34,519 bases of DNA from Spirochaetales bacterium (GTDB lineage Bacteria; Spirochaetota; Spirochaetia; JABEVK01): NCBI GenBank assembly GCA_037142615.1, contig JBAXAI010000038.1, positions 1 to 34,519 of the forward strand, written 5' to 3'. This document shows, in pieces, positions 24,415-32,666 of the stretch. Each line of letters opens with the position of its first letter. Within the stretch, counting starts at the first letter, position 1. The translations under genes and the position numbers were made by a program. Below the pieces are notes generated by a model. That model made no database searches. It was not told the origin of the DNA and saw only the letters and a list, made by a program, of their open reading frames with translations.

Positions 24415-24517
24415 ATTTCATTACCTCGTATGTGTATCTCGTTTTGTCTTTAGGTAGGGTGCGAATGTAGTCATCGGCATCTTTGATGCTTTCAAAGTAT
24501 TCCCTGCACTTATCCAT
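24386..24517 (-). CDS. small hypothetical protein (not in the ORF track)
   Basis: AAGGAG SD, then MDKCREYFESIKDADDYIRTLPKDKTRYTYEVMKYDLHSEKAI* (43 aa). Confidence 0.5.
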   Translation of the reverse strand: MDKCREYFESIKDADDYIRTLPKDKTRYTYEVMKYDLHSEKAI

Positions 24518-24737
24518 GGTTAACTCCTTTCAGTCGGTCGAGGATGGCTTCCATGAGCATTCCGCTCGTCCAGTACATTTTTTCCGAACGCCGGAAGATC
24601 TCCGCCAACTCCTCCCGCCCGAGCTGCTTGGCCTCGGGGCACTCAATCAACAGCCGGTGCAACGCCGGTGCGGAACCTTCGCTGTCGGCCACCAGCTCGG
24701 CCCAAAGCGCTTCGGTAATCAGTCTGTGCTTGCTCAT
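24510..24737 (-). CDS. hypothetical protein
   Basis: ATGA-coupled start (MSKHRLIT...); ends DRLKGVNHG like 23702..23890. Confidence 0.55.
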   Translation of the reverse strand: MSKHRLITEALWAELVADSEGSAPALHRLLIECPEAKQLGREELAEIFRRSEKMYWTSGMLMEAILDRLKGVNHG

Positions 24738-24946
24738 TCCAAATATTCCTTCGGCCCCACCCATCGGTGGTGGTGGCCCAGATCATCTTTCGCGGCAGGC
24801 GGCCAGCCGTGCTTGACCGCGAACAGCATCGCCTCGCGAGCGGTGCCATGCGCCAGTGCATCGCCGGGTGAAGCGGCAAGCCTGCCGTCGGCCTTCACGT
24901 AGTACCAGGACTTCGACAGGGCGTAGAACGCGGTGGGTCCGCTCAT
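24734..24946 (-). CDS. hypothetical protein
   Basis: 70 aa, ATGA-coupled at both ends. Confidence 0.55.
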   Translation of the reverse strand: MSGPTAFYALSKSWYYVKADGRLAASPGDALAHGTAREAMLFAVKHGWPPAAKDDLGHHHRWVGPKEYLE

Positions 24947-25116
24947 TCGTCGTCGCCTTGCGCGATCTCGATGGCGTTCGCTTTCATCTCGTCAATCGAC
25001 CTGTCAAACGCAGCGCGGTCGAAGGCGTAGACGATGATCATGGCCATGCCCAGACAGAGCACCACGAGCACCACAAGGGTCAGGAACCCGGCGATAAAGT
25101 GCAGGGCTTGTTTCAT
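24943..25116 (-). CDS. small membrane protein (not in the ORF track)
   Basis: GGAGG SD; MKQALHFIAGFLTLVVLVVLCLGMAMIIVYAF... (57 aa), coupled at both ends. Confidence 0.6.
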   Translation of the reverse strand: MKQALHFIAGFLTLVVLVVLCLGMAMIIVYAFDRAAFDRSIDEMKANAIEIAQGDDE

Positions 25117-25367
25117 GCTTGTTTCCTCCCGGTTCTTTCACAGAAGTTTTTCCAGCCGGGACAGTCCGGCCAGTTTTTCGGGTTCGAGAGGGCAACAGCA
25201 ATCCGCTGAACGTCGTAGTCAGCTTCGGCATCGGTAAACTCGCTTTCGTACACGGGACTGCTGCGATACACGCCGTCAAGGACTTCCGTCGCGAGGTTAA
25301 GAAACACAGCGTCCGCCTTGATGTCAGCGTCGCCTATTGCTTTCAGCAGGCGGGCAAGCTCAATCAT
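25113..25367 (-). CDS. hypothetical protein
   Basis: GAGGTG SD and ATG 25367 overlapping the end of the helicase gene. Confidence 0.55.
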   Translation of the reverse strand: MIELARLLKAIGDADIKADAVFLNLATEVLDGVYRSSPVYESEFTDAEADYDVQRIAVALSNPKNWPDCPGWKNFCERTGRKQA

Positions 25368-26568
25368 GCGCCACCTCGTTCCAGGCGCTTTGATCTCGCT
25401 GGAAGTGCATCTGGACGGCCCCTGTTGCCCCGTCGCGAACCTTTTCAAGGATCACAGCGGTCTCCGGCTTTTCGCCCTCCCGGGCCGGTTTTTTGTGGTA
25501 GATCAACCAGACTTGATCGGCGTCCTGTTCGATTTGGGAGCTGTGCTGCATCTCCCCCATGTGCGGCCGCTTTTCGTCGGCGTCCCGGCTCAACTGCGCC
25601 AGGGCAACCACGGCAATCCGCAACTCCCGGGCCAGCTGCTTAAGCCCCGTGCTGGCCTCGGCGACCTCTTCGCGCTTAGTCTCTTTCCCGCTGACCTTGA
25701 TCAGCTGCAGGTAGTCAACGAAAAGCACCTTGGCACCGTCTGCGGCCATCCTTCGGGCCTCGGTCTGGACTTGACGAAGGGTGATTCCCGGGCGGTCGTG
25801 GATCATCACGTTCTCGCCCTGAGCGATCATGGCGTTTACCGACGCCGCGAAGTTCGCCTTGCTCGAAAAGTCTTTGAAGCTCCCGTCAACCAGCCGCCGC
25901 GAATCCATCCGAGAGGCGTTCGCCATGAGTCTGGTTGTCAGCTCGTACTGGTCGCTTTCGATGGTGATGACGCCGAGCTTGGCCACCCGGCTCATGTTGA
26001 GCACCAGCTGGGCCATCAGCGCCGACTTGCCTTGCGACGGTCTGGCCCCGATCACGATCAGCTGTCCGGGCCGGGCGCCAAGGGTCATCTTGTCGACGGT
26101 TCCGAACCCCCACGGAATTCCCTGGTTCATGCTCCCGTCAAGGAACTTTTCCAGCGTCGGCTGCAGAAGCGAGGTGAGCGAAACTGTCTTCCCCGGAGAG
26201 TCAGCCGTCGCGACAATCCGCACGGCCTTCTCGAGGGTTTCAAGCGCTTCCGTGCCTTCCTGAGTCTGCGCGATCTTCGTCGCCCGATGGAGTACCCGGG
26301 TCATCCAGCCCTCGATGATGCGCTGGTGGTTGTGTTCCCACGTTGCCACCGTCACGGCAGGGTTGAGCGTCATCAGGGTTGCCCGGTTCGCCTCGGGAAC
26401 GACCTGAAGCAACGCACCGCGGGTAACCCGGCCCTTTGGCGCAATGTCCAGCATGGCTTCGAACACCGGGCGATAGTCGCCGGTGAACATTTCGGAGGTC
26501 AGGCGCGAAACGGTCAGAAGCGATGAGTCTCGCAACACCGCTTCGAGGTAGTCGTGTTGGGCGCTCAC
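25360..26568 (-). CDS. dnaB: replicative DNA helicase (phage DnaB-like)
   Basis: GARPSQGKS Walker A, VDYLQLI, LKQLAREL, ALAQLSR, IEQDAD and KVRDG motifs. Confidence 0.95.
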   Translation of the reverse strand: MSAQHDYLEAVLRDSSLLTVSRLTSEMFTGDYRPVFEAMLDIAPKGRVTRGALLQVVPEANRATLMTLNPAVTVATWEHNHQRIIEGWMTRVLHRATKIAQTQEGTEALETLEKAVRIVATADSPGKTVSLTSLLQPTLEKFLDGSMNQGIPWGFGTVDKMTLGARPGQLIVIGARPSQGKSALMAQLVLNMSRVAKLGVITIESDQYELTTRLMANASRMDSRRLVDGSFKDFSSKANFAASVNAMIAQGENVMIHDRPGITLRQVQTEARRMAADGAKVLFVDYLQLIKVSGKETKREEVAEASTGLKQLARELRIAVVALAQLSRDADEKRPHMGEMQHSSQIEQDADQVWLIYHKKPAREGEKPETAVILEKVRDGATGAVQMHFQRDQSAWNEVAHD

Positions 26569-27326
26569 AGGTCTGCCGCCTTGGTGTAGCGGATCTCGTC
26601 GGAAGGGCGAGCAGAGGCAAGCGACCGTACGGCCACAAGGTACCCTTCGAACTTCGTCGAGAACAGCGTGTCAGGCCGAAGGTACTGGCTCATTTTCGGG
26701 TCATCGGACCACGCGGATACCTTGGCGTCGATCACGGCCTTGAAGTCGTCCAGCACCCAGCCTTCACGGATGCGCTCCACCAGCCCGCTGCCTTTGTGGC
26801 CCTTGAAACCTCGCCCAGACTTAGCGTTGAGGTAGTCAAGAACGGAGGTAGCGAGAAGGTTCGCTTCCGTGGTTTTCGTGGGGGTATGGGGGTCTTCTAA
26901 TTCCTGTTCCTGTTCCTGTTCCTGAAGAGTATTACGCTCGGCGTTCGACCGTAATACGTTCGTATCGCCAGACTCATTCGACCGTAATACGTTCGTATCC
27001 GGTTTTGACCACCGTTTGGCAATGGAATCACGGGCTTTGGTAGAACGTTCTTTCATCCCGGCTATCTCTTTTTCCATACGACCCTGAACAAGAAAGCCAT
27101 CCTGCTCACGGAAGAACGCCAGCACATTCTCACGGCACCGGCTCCACTCCTTCTCGTTGAGGCGGGCGATCCGTGCCAGCTTCGTCTCGTCGGTAGGCAG
27201 GCCTTCCTTGCGTTGCCAGTAGGTCATGAGCAGGAGCAGGTAGGCCCCGTGCTCTTCGGTCGAAAGGTGTGCCGTGTCCGCGAGGTAGTCAGAAACGTAA
27301 AGTGACAGGTATGCAAAGTTAGCCAT
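26565..27326 (-). CDS. replication initiator (YdaU/DUF1376 N-terminus, conserved phage C-terminal domain)
   Basis: LYVSDYLADTAHLSTEEHGAYLLLL and YLRPDTLFSTKFEGYL motifs; upstream of the helicase; contains internal iterons. Confidence 0.88.
   Translation of the reverse strand: MANFAYLSLYVSDYLADTAHLSTEEHGAYLLLLMTYWQRKEGLPTDETKLARIARLNEKEWSRCRENVLAFFREQDGFLVQGRMEKEIAGMKERSTKARDSIAKRWSKPDTNVLRSNESGDTNVLRSNAERNTLQEQEQEQELEDPHTPTKTTEANLLATSVLDYLNAKSGRGFKGHKGSGLVERIREGWVLDDFKAVIDAKVSAWSDDPKMSQYLRPDTLFSTKFEGYLVAVRSLASARPSDEIRYTKAADL
26944..26999. repeat. iterons / probable phage origin
   Basis: Two exact 23-bp copies of TTCGACCGTAATACGTTCGTATC (26944-26966 and 26977-26999; 33-bp period). An inverted GTATTACG half-site and (TTCCTG)x4 lie just to the left. 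Confidence 0.75.
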
Positions 27327-27335
27327 GGTGTTACC

Positions 27336-27746
27336 TCAGAAAGGGATATTGTCTTCATACGTTTCGTTGGGGTGTTGCTCTCCCCGGCCCGACGGTGCGG
27401 GGGCAGAGCCCTCCCGCTTGCCCCCGCCGACGAGCTGCACCTGCACGTTCGCCAGGGCAATCTTGCTGAACTTCTGCCCGTCCTTCTCCCAGCGCTGTTG
27501 TTCCAGCTCGGCGGTCAACGCCACCTGCTGGCCTTTGACGATGTACTTCTGAAGGTTCTCGGCGCTCTTGGCCCACAGGGTCACGTCGAAGAAGCTGGCC
27601 ACGTCGGACCACTCTTCGCCCTTCTTCACGCGCCGGTTGACGGCAACGGAGAACTCCAGCTTCGCGGTACCTCCGGCTGTGTATTTCAGTTCACCGTCAC
27701 GGGTGACGCGGCCAACTAAGGCCACGGTATTCAAGTCAGATGCCAT
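27336..27746 (-). CDS. ssb: single-stranded DNA-binding protein
   Basis: LNTVALVGRVTRD OB fold and C-terminal EDNIPF. Confidence 0.95.
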   Translation of the reverse strand: MASDLNTVALVGRVTRDGELKYTAGGTAKLEFSVAVNRRVKKGEEWSDVASFFDVTLWAKSAENLQKYIVKGQQVALTAELEQQRWEKDGQKFSKIALANVQVQLVGGGKREGSAPAPSGRGEQHPNETYEDNIPF

Positions 27747-27770
27747 TCCTTCCCCCTTGCGTTCACGTTC

Positions 27771-27825
27771 AAGCCGTCGGTGGAATCGAACCACCAGCCC
27801 GCGAGGGCCGCGCCTGCAACGGCTT
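27771..27825 (-). ncRNA. tRNA-like mini-structure upstream of ssb
   Basis: AAGCCGTT/GACGGCTT stem enclosing a GG-containing loop, a GGCCC-TCGC-GGGCT hairpin and a perfect T arm (GGTGG-TTCGATT-CCACC). Confidence 0.6.
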
Positions 27826-27830
27826 CCAGC

Positions 27831-28457
27831 TCAGACCAGAGCCGGTTCTTTCTCGGCTTCCACGGCTTGATCGTCTTCGGGGTATGTGCCATCGTCCCAG
27901 TCTTCCACCGCATCGCCAACCGGGTCTTCGGACACCTCGAGCTCCAGCTTCCCGGTGCCGTGGCAGACGTGACAGGGCCCGACAACACCGGTCGGGTCGG
28001 TGAGGTTTCCGGTTCCGCTGCACAGGTCGCACGGCACCATGGCAAGGGCAGGGCCGGGGGCCGAGTAGACCACGCCGGTGCCGCCGCAGGTCTCACAGGC
28101 GTCCTCAGCGTCCTCGCCCATGTAGGCCACGCCGCCGCAGGCCGGGCAGGTGGAGGCGATGGTTTCACCGCCAGCGTGGTGGGTTTCATCGGGGGCCGGT
28201 TCGGCGGTAGGGCCGCCGAAAAGCTCGCCTTGTTCCAACCTCGAGGCCGGGCCATTGCTGGCGAGTTTGGCCGAAGAGAACTCCATGCGGATCTTCGCGA
28301 TGTTGCCCAGGTGCATGGCGATGACGCCAGCCAGAGAGGCGTCGAGCGGCAACTGGACTTGGATCATCAGGCCGCCGCCTTTGCTGGTGAACGTTCCCAT
28401 TTTCGTAATCTGGCAATCGGCTTCAAACGCAGCGCCGTAGGTCAGTACAGAACTCAT
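27831..28457 (-). CDS. protein with DnaJ-type CxxCxGxG zinc fingers
   Basis: CPACGG, CETCGGTG, CDLCSGTG and CHVCHGTG repeats; acidic tail; no HPD/J domain; AAGGAG SD. Confidence 0.7.
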   Translation of the reverse strand: MSSVLTYGAAFEADCQITKMGTFTSKGGGLMIQVQLPLDASLAGVIAMHLGNIAKIRMEFSSAKLASNGPASRLEQGELFGGPTAEPAPDETHHAGGETIASTCPACGGVAYMGEDAEDACETCGGTGVVYSAPGPALAMVPCDLCSGTGNLTDPTGVVGPCHVCHGTGKLELEVSEDPVGDAVEDWDDGTYPEDDQAVEAEKEPALV

Positions 28458-28900
28458 GAATTGCTCCTTTTTGCGTTTCGAATCGTGATCTGGCACCCTC
28501 CAGCGGTGCTCCATTCCTTGGTGATGAACAGCCCGACAACCAGACGGTCATCAGGCAGGAACCCGGCGTCGACCATGGCGTCAAGGCACGCTTTGCCGAG
28601 ATTGTCCGCATCCGGCCTCTGATCGTGCAGCTCGGGGGCCGAAGCCTTCAGACCTTTGGAGCCGTAGTGCCCCTTTGGCCGCTCAAACTCGAACTTGAGC
28701 CAAAGCACCTGACCACCCTCGCGGCGTGGCAGCTCCCGCACGGCCAGCACGACAAGAGTCTTCCATCCGTCGGCAGTCGCCGGGGTGTAGATGCCAGCGC
28801 GAGTGCCTCGGTTCACCGCCTTGCTGCGGGGCTGGGCCACCGGCTTTCCACGCACGTCGATGCGCAGGCCGAGGTCTGCCGGATCAGCGGTGATCATCAA
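28454..28900 (-). CDS. rusA: Holliday junction resolvase
   Basis: GKPVAQPR...RPDADNLGKACLDAM...DDRLVV. Confidence 0.9.
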   Translation of the reverse strand: MMITADPADLGLRIDVRGKPVAQPRSKAVNRGTRAGIYTPATADGWKTLVVLAVRELPRREGGQVLWLKFEFERPKGHYGSKGLKASAPELHDQRPDADNLGKACLDAMVDAGFLPDDRLVVGLFITKEWSTAGGCQITIRNAKRSNS

Positions 28901-29502
28901 GAGCCCCCATGCCAGAAGATCCCCTCAAACGACAGCCCCTTCTTGAATCGTGGGTACACGGAGTTGTAGGTAACCCCGTATTCCCTTGCCCAATCCGAAA
29001 GGAGCTGGCGCTTTCCGTTGCTGGTTAGGTAGAGATTCCTGCGGACATTTCTTCCTTGTTCCTGGCGAGGAACCCAGCGGCAGTTTTCAGGGAGGTATCC
29101 CTTGTCGTTGTTGATTCGATCAATGGTCAACCCATCTTCATAGCCAGATGACAGTGCCCAGGTTCTGAAAACAGAGAAGTCATTCCACTCCTGGCACAGA
29201 GTTATTCCGCGTCCGGAATGGTACGGGTGTACTTCGCTGGACTTCGGGTTGCAGCGATAGCGAATCTGAAGCCAAAGCTTGTGCATCCTTGTTTTTGCGA
29301 ATCCATGGGTCGTCCTTGCTTCGGCCTGAAGGCATCCGCACGACTTCGTGTGACCATTGCCAAGGTGACTTGTTGGAACGACAACGGTCTCCCCACAGTC
29401 GCACCTGCAGGACCATTTCGTGTTTCGGCTACCCTGGATCGAGACCTTGCAGTGGAGGACAAGCCTTCCGAACCGATCGCCAGCCCTGTATGATCTAGCC
29501 AA
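28897..29502 (-). CDS. HNH homing endonuclease
   Basis: TTG 29502 after GGAGGAGG. RFGRLV, WSCRCDCG, TKSCGC, GRGITLCQEW and LTIDRINNDKGYLPENCRW motifs. Visibly AT-richer than its neighbours. Confidence 0.88.
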   Translation of the reverse strand: MARSYRAGDRFGRLVLHCKVSIQGSRNTKWSCRCDCGETVVVPTSHLGNGHTKSCGCLQAEARTTHGFAKTRMHKLWLQIRYRCNPKSSEVHPYHSGRGITLCQEWNDFSVFRTWALSSGYEDGLTIDRINNDKGYLPENCRWVPRQEQGRNVRRNLYLTSNGKRQLLSDWAREYGVTYNSVYPRFKKGLSFEGIFWHGGS

Positions 29503-29983
29503 TGTTTCCTCCTCCGAGTCCTGACATGATCTCTTCAAACTTCGCGCTCTGGACGCCCGCCTGGTGCATGGTCGAGATGAGCCGGTCGATGGCTTCGGTG
29601 CGTTCCTTCTTCGTGTACTCAGTCCACGACTTGACCCGCCCGAAAATGGACGCTGTCTTGTCGCGCCGTACAGCCTCGGGCACCTCATCGATGGTCCGGT
29701 ACTTGCGCTGGACGGCCTTGCCCGATGCGTCCACGGTGGCCACCAGCACGGCGTCAAACCCGGCTCCGAGCTTGGCCTTCACCACGTCGCGGAAGTCGTC
29801 AAAGCTGGCCACGTCAAAGGAGTGCGCCCCGCTGGTCCAGAACTCCTGCAGCAGCGCGTGGAAGGCCCTGTTTTGCTCCGCCGTGGCGGTCTCGGCCTCT
29901 TCCATCACGTAGTGCCGCCCCACCGCCGGGGCCTTGCCTGCAACGACGGTGAAGCGTTCGCCGGGCTCAACCAAGACTTTCAC
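29495..29983 (-). CDS. NinB/Orf-like recombination accessory protein
   Basis: GTG 29983 is coupled to the upstream TGA; TAEQNRAFHALL...KSWTEYTKKE...ID pattern. Confidence 0.55.
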   Translation of the reverse strand: MKVLVEPGERFTVVAGKAPAVGRHYVMEEAETATAEQNRAFHALLQEFWTSGAHSFDVASFDDFRDVVKAKLGAGFDAVLVATVDASGKAVQRKYRTIDEVPEAVRRDKTASIFGRVKSWTEYTKKERTEAIDRLISTMHQAGVQSAKFEEIMSGLGGGNIG

Positions 29984-30543
29984 GCCTGCCCCCTGAGCCG
30001 GTCGACGGCCCGCAGAATCGCCAGGTGGTCGGTGTCGTCGCTCCACGGCTGCACCTTGTACGTGCCGTCGGCCTTCGTATAGACGCAGTAACGCGGGTCA
30101 CGGTTGCCGGTCAGCAGGTTGTAGGCCGCCAGCTGGTAGCGGTGCCAGTCGGCCTTCGCCCCGGTCTTGAGGTCGATCTTCACGCGCTTTCCGTCGATCT
30201 CGCCGACGCGGTCAATCGTCCCGGCAAGCCACAGGTCGATGCTGCAGACACGGAGCTCAATCTGGTGCGGAACAAAGCCCGTGTCGGCCCGGAACTTGAT
30301 CCAGGCAGAGAGGTGGCCGCTGACCACCGCCGAAGCCTCGAGGACGGCAGGCCCGTCAAGGTCGAGCAGGCCATGGTCGTACAGCTCTGTCAGCTCGTGC
30401 GCCTCAGTACCGCGCTCGGCCGCGCCCGGGGCGTAGTATCCCCCGGCCGGCTTGAGTCCAGACTTGGCCAGGAACTCACTCACGCCGGGAACCTTCTCGC
30501 CGTTCCAGAAATACGTGTGGGTCGCTTCGTCAAAGGTCAGCAC
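29980..30543 (-). CDS. PD-(D/E)XK (Cas4/YqaJ-like) exonuclease
   Basis: LTFDEATHTY...VPGVS...AERGT..H...E...AGTIDR...IDLKTG...QLAAY. Confidence 0.85.
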   Translation of the reverse strand: MLTFDEATHTYFWNGEKVPGVSEFLAKSGLKPAGGYYAPGAAERGTEAHELTELYDHGLLDLDGPAVLEASAVVSGHLSAWIKFRADTGFVPHQIELRVCSIDLWLAGTIDRVGEIDGKRVKIDLKTGAKADWHRYQLAAYNLLTGNRDPRYCVYTKADGTYKVQPWSDDTDHLAILRAVDRLRGQA

Positions 30544-30545
30544 GG

Positions 30546-31169
30546 TTAAGCCCTCTGCCGGATGTCCTGGCGGCTGACAACCTGGACGCCGGGAATCTTG
30601 GTGAGCCCCTTCATCGCCCGAACGACGGCCCCGACCTTCTTTTCGTCGAGCACCTTGTATTCGTCGGGGATGGCGGCGAAGTCGGTCACCATGTATTCCC
30701 AAACCTCGACCGAGTACTCGCCAGAGGACTTCACCGGCTCGACGGGTTCGGGCTGGGCTTCGGGCAACAAAGCGGGAGGCGGGGGAGGAAGCCCGGCGGC
30801 CGCAGATTCCTCCCGGGCCTTCCTGTCGGCTTCCATCGCGGCAAGGCGGGCCTTCTCTTCCTCGGCGGCCTTGGCCCGGCGGATGGCTTCCTGCTCGCGG
30901 TCATAGGACTCCATGGCCCGCTTGAAAATGGTGTCGAGCTGGTCGAGCACGTCCGACAGCTCTTTCTTCTCGGCCAGCTTGGCCTTGTACGGGACGTAGA
31001 GCTCTTTCACCAGCGGGTCAAACTCCTCGTCGATGGCCTTGCCCCAGCGCTTGACCTGCTGGCGGCTTTCGCTGGCCTTGAGGCGGGTGGCGTCGTCGCT
31101 GACCTTGAAGACCTTGGCCCGGTCGAGCGCGGTCTGAATGTCGAGAGTGATGGTCGTGAGGTCGTTCAT
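30546..31169 (-). CDS. coiled-coil recombination-module protein
   Basis: Long helical region with a C-terminal IPDEY...IPGV motif; lies between the annealase and the exonuclease. Confidence 0.6.
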   Translation of the reverse strand: MNDLTTITLDIQTALDRAKVFKVSDDATRLKASESRQQVKRWGKAIDEEFDPLVKELYVPYKAKLAEKKELSDVLDQLDTIFKRAMESYDREQEAIRRAKAAEEEKARLAAMEADRKAREESAAAGLPPPPPALLPEAQPEPVEPVKSSGEYSVEVWEYMVTDFAAIPDEYKVLDEKKVGAVVRAMKGLTKIPGVQVVSRQDIRQRA

Positions 31170-32050
31170 GCGGGGACTCCTTGTGTTTCGAACAGTTCGG
31201 CTGCTTCGGCCTCGGCGCGTTCCGCTTCGGGCGATTTCGCGGGAATGGCGTCCAGCATGGCAATGCGGCGGCGCTTGCTTTCGGCCTTGGTGGATTCGTA
31301 CAGCGCCACCAGTTCAGCGGGGGTCTTGCCCCGGACGGCCGCGCGCAGGTCGGCGAGGTAGGCCTCGTCAAACACCCAGTCGTCCAGCGGGTTGCCCCGC
31401 TCGTCGTGCGGGTTGGCGAACTCGGCGAACAGCTTGAGGATCTTGGCGGCGGGCCAGTTCAGGCGCTCGTCAGTGTTGTCCGGGTCGTCTTCGATGGTCA
31501 CGGTCTGTTGCGCATCGGCCGGCTTCGGCTCGGCCTTGGCCCGTGGTGCCGGTTCGGGCGATGCCTGGCCTTTGGGCGGGTCGAAGTCCTGCACCTCTTC
31601 GCTGGTGTAGAACCCAGACAGGCACCCGGGGAACACCGCGCGCACACCTTCGGCGACGACACGGCTTGAAAGCATTTGGGCCGGGTACTGCTTCCACGTT
31701 CCCTTGCCGGTCAGCCCAGCGGCGGCGGCTCGTTCAATGGTCCACTCGACGGAGAGCTCGCCCCCCTGAGGGTGACGGAACTTCGCGGCGGCCTTCTTGT
31801 CGTTACGGACGATCCATTCGATGAACCCTCCGGCGGCCTGAAAACGCGAGAGTGCCGCGCGGGAGTTGAGCGCCGGGCGTCCCTGAATCACGTCGTATTC
31901 CTGGGCAACGATAGCCGGATGTTTGCCCTCGGCGTTGGCGATGAGCATGAGGGGCAACAGTTCTTCGGGTGTCTTGCCGAACATTTTGCCCTTGCCCAGT
32001 GCCATGGCCATCTTTTCGATTTCCCCGTAGGGAATAAGTGCGGTGCTCAT
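31166..32050 (-). CDS. RecT/Red-beta-like single-strand annealing protein
   Basis: ATG 32050 with GAGG SD; VIQGRP...WKQYPAQMLSSR...RAVFP..LSGFYTSEE. Confidence 0.75.
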   Translation of the reverse strand: MSTALIPYGEIEKMAMALGKGKMFGKTPEELLPLMLIANAEGKHPAIVAQEYDVIQGRPALNSRAALSRFQAAGGFIEWIVRNDKKAAAKFRHPQGGELSVEWTIERAAAAGLTGKGTWKQYPAQMLSSRVVAEGVRAVFPGCLSGFYTSEEVQDFDPPKGQASPEPAPRAKAEPKPADAQQTVTIEDDPDNTDERLNWPAAKILKLFAEFANPHDERGNPLDDWVFDEAYLADLRAAVRGKTPAELVALYESTKAESKRRRIAMLDAIPAKSPEAERAEAEAAELFETQGVPA

Positions 32051-32286
32051 TGAATTACCTCGTAGACTGGCTCGATGAGATTGAAGTTGTTCTTGTCGTG
32101 GAACGCTTCGGGGGTCATCCCGCTGTCCCAAACAAACCACTGCCGGTCCTGAGCGGTAGCGCGTCCCAGCTGAAACCGCGTGTAGATGTGCATGAACTCA
32201 ATCGCCGTGACGTTTGTGCTCTCGGTGCGGTGCATTGACAGCACCGGATGCCGGGTGTAGATTCGTTCCAGAAGTTGACTTTCCAT
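32047..32286 (-). CDS. hypothetical protein
   Basis: MESQLLERIY...; an in-frame GTG at 32367 is an alternative start. Confidence 0.5.
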   Translation of the reverse strand: MESQLLERIYTRHPVLSMHRTESTNVTAIEFMHIYTRFQLGRATAQDRQWFVWDSGMTPEAFHDKNNFNLIEPVYEVIQ

Positions 32287-32363
32287 TCCACTTCCCCCCT
32301 GATTCGACCCGTTCCAGCGGGTCGTTTCTTTTTCTCCGGGCAACGCCCGGGTTTCCTTGCCGC

Positions 32364-32666
32364 TCACAGCGCGGCTTTCCTTTTCAGGTCAATCGTCTTC
32401 TTGAGTGCTGGCGGGAACCCGCTCCACTCGGCCTCGCGGTCTGCGGGGCTCAATGTCATCCATGCCCGCACCGTCTTGAACGACCACAGCAGCTTGCCGG
32501 GGACTTCCGTCACCCCGTAGGCGGGAAGCAGCCAGTAGCGGGCCCGCAGGTACGAAGGCGACACGCCCAGCTTTGTGGCCACGTAGGCGACGCCGACGTA
32601 CTCAGGCACGGGCAGGGCGGATTCGAGGTAATCCAGGCGCTCAAGCACGGCTGTTTCGGGGCTCAT
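32364..32666 (-). CDS. putative HTH (Xis/AlpA-like) DNA-binding protein
   Basis: ATGA-coupled start MSPETAVLERLDYL; YVGVAYVATKLGVSPSYL HTH-like segment. Confidence 0.55.
   Translation of the reverse strand: MSPETAVLERLDYLESALPVPEYVGVAYVATKLGVSPSYLRARYWLLPAYGVTEVPGKLLWSFKTVRAWMTLSPADREAEWSGFPPALKKTIDLKRKAAL

Noticed and set aside
29980-30543. Cas4-like nuclease as evidence of a CRISPR system
   Set aside because: No array or other cas genes; it sits beside an annealase as a normal phage recombination exonuclease.
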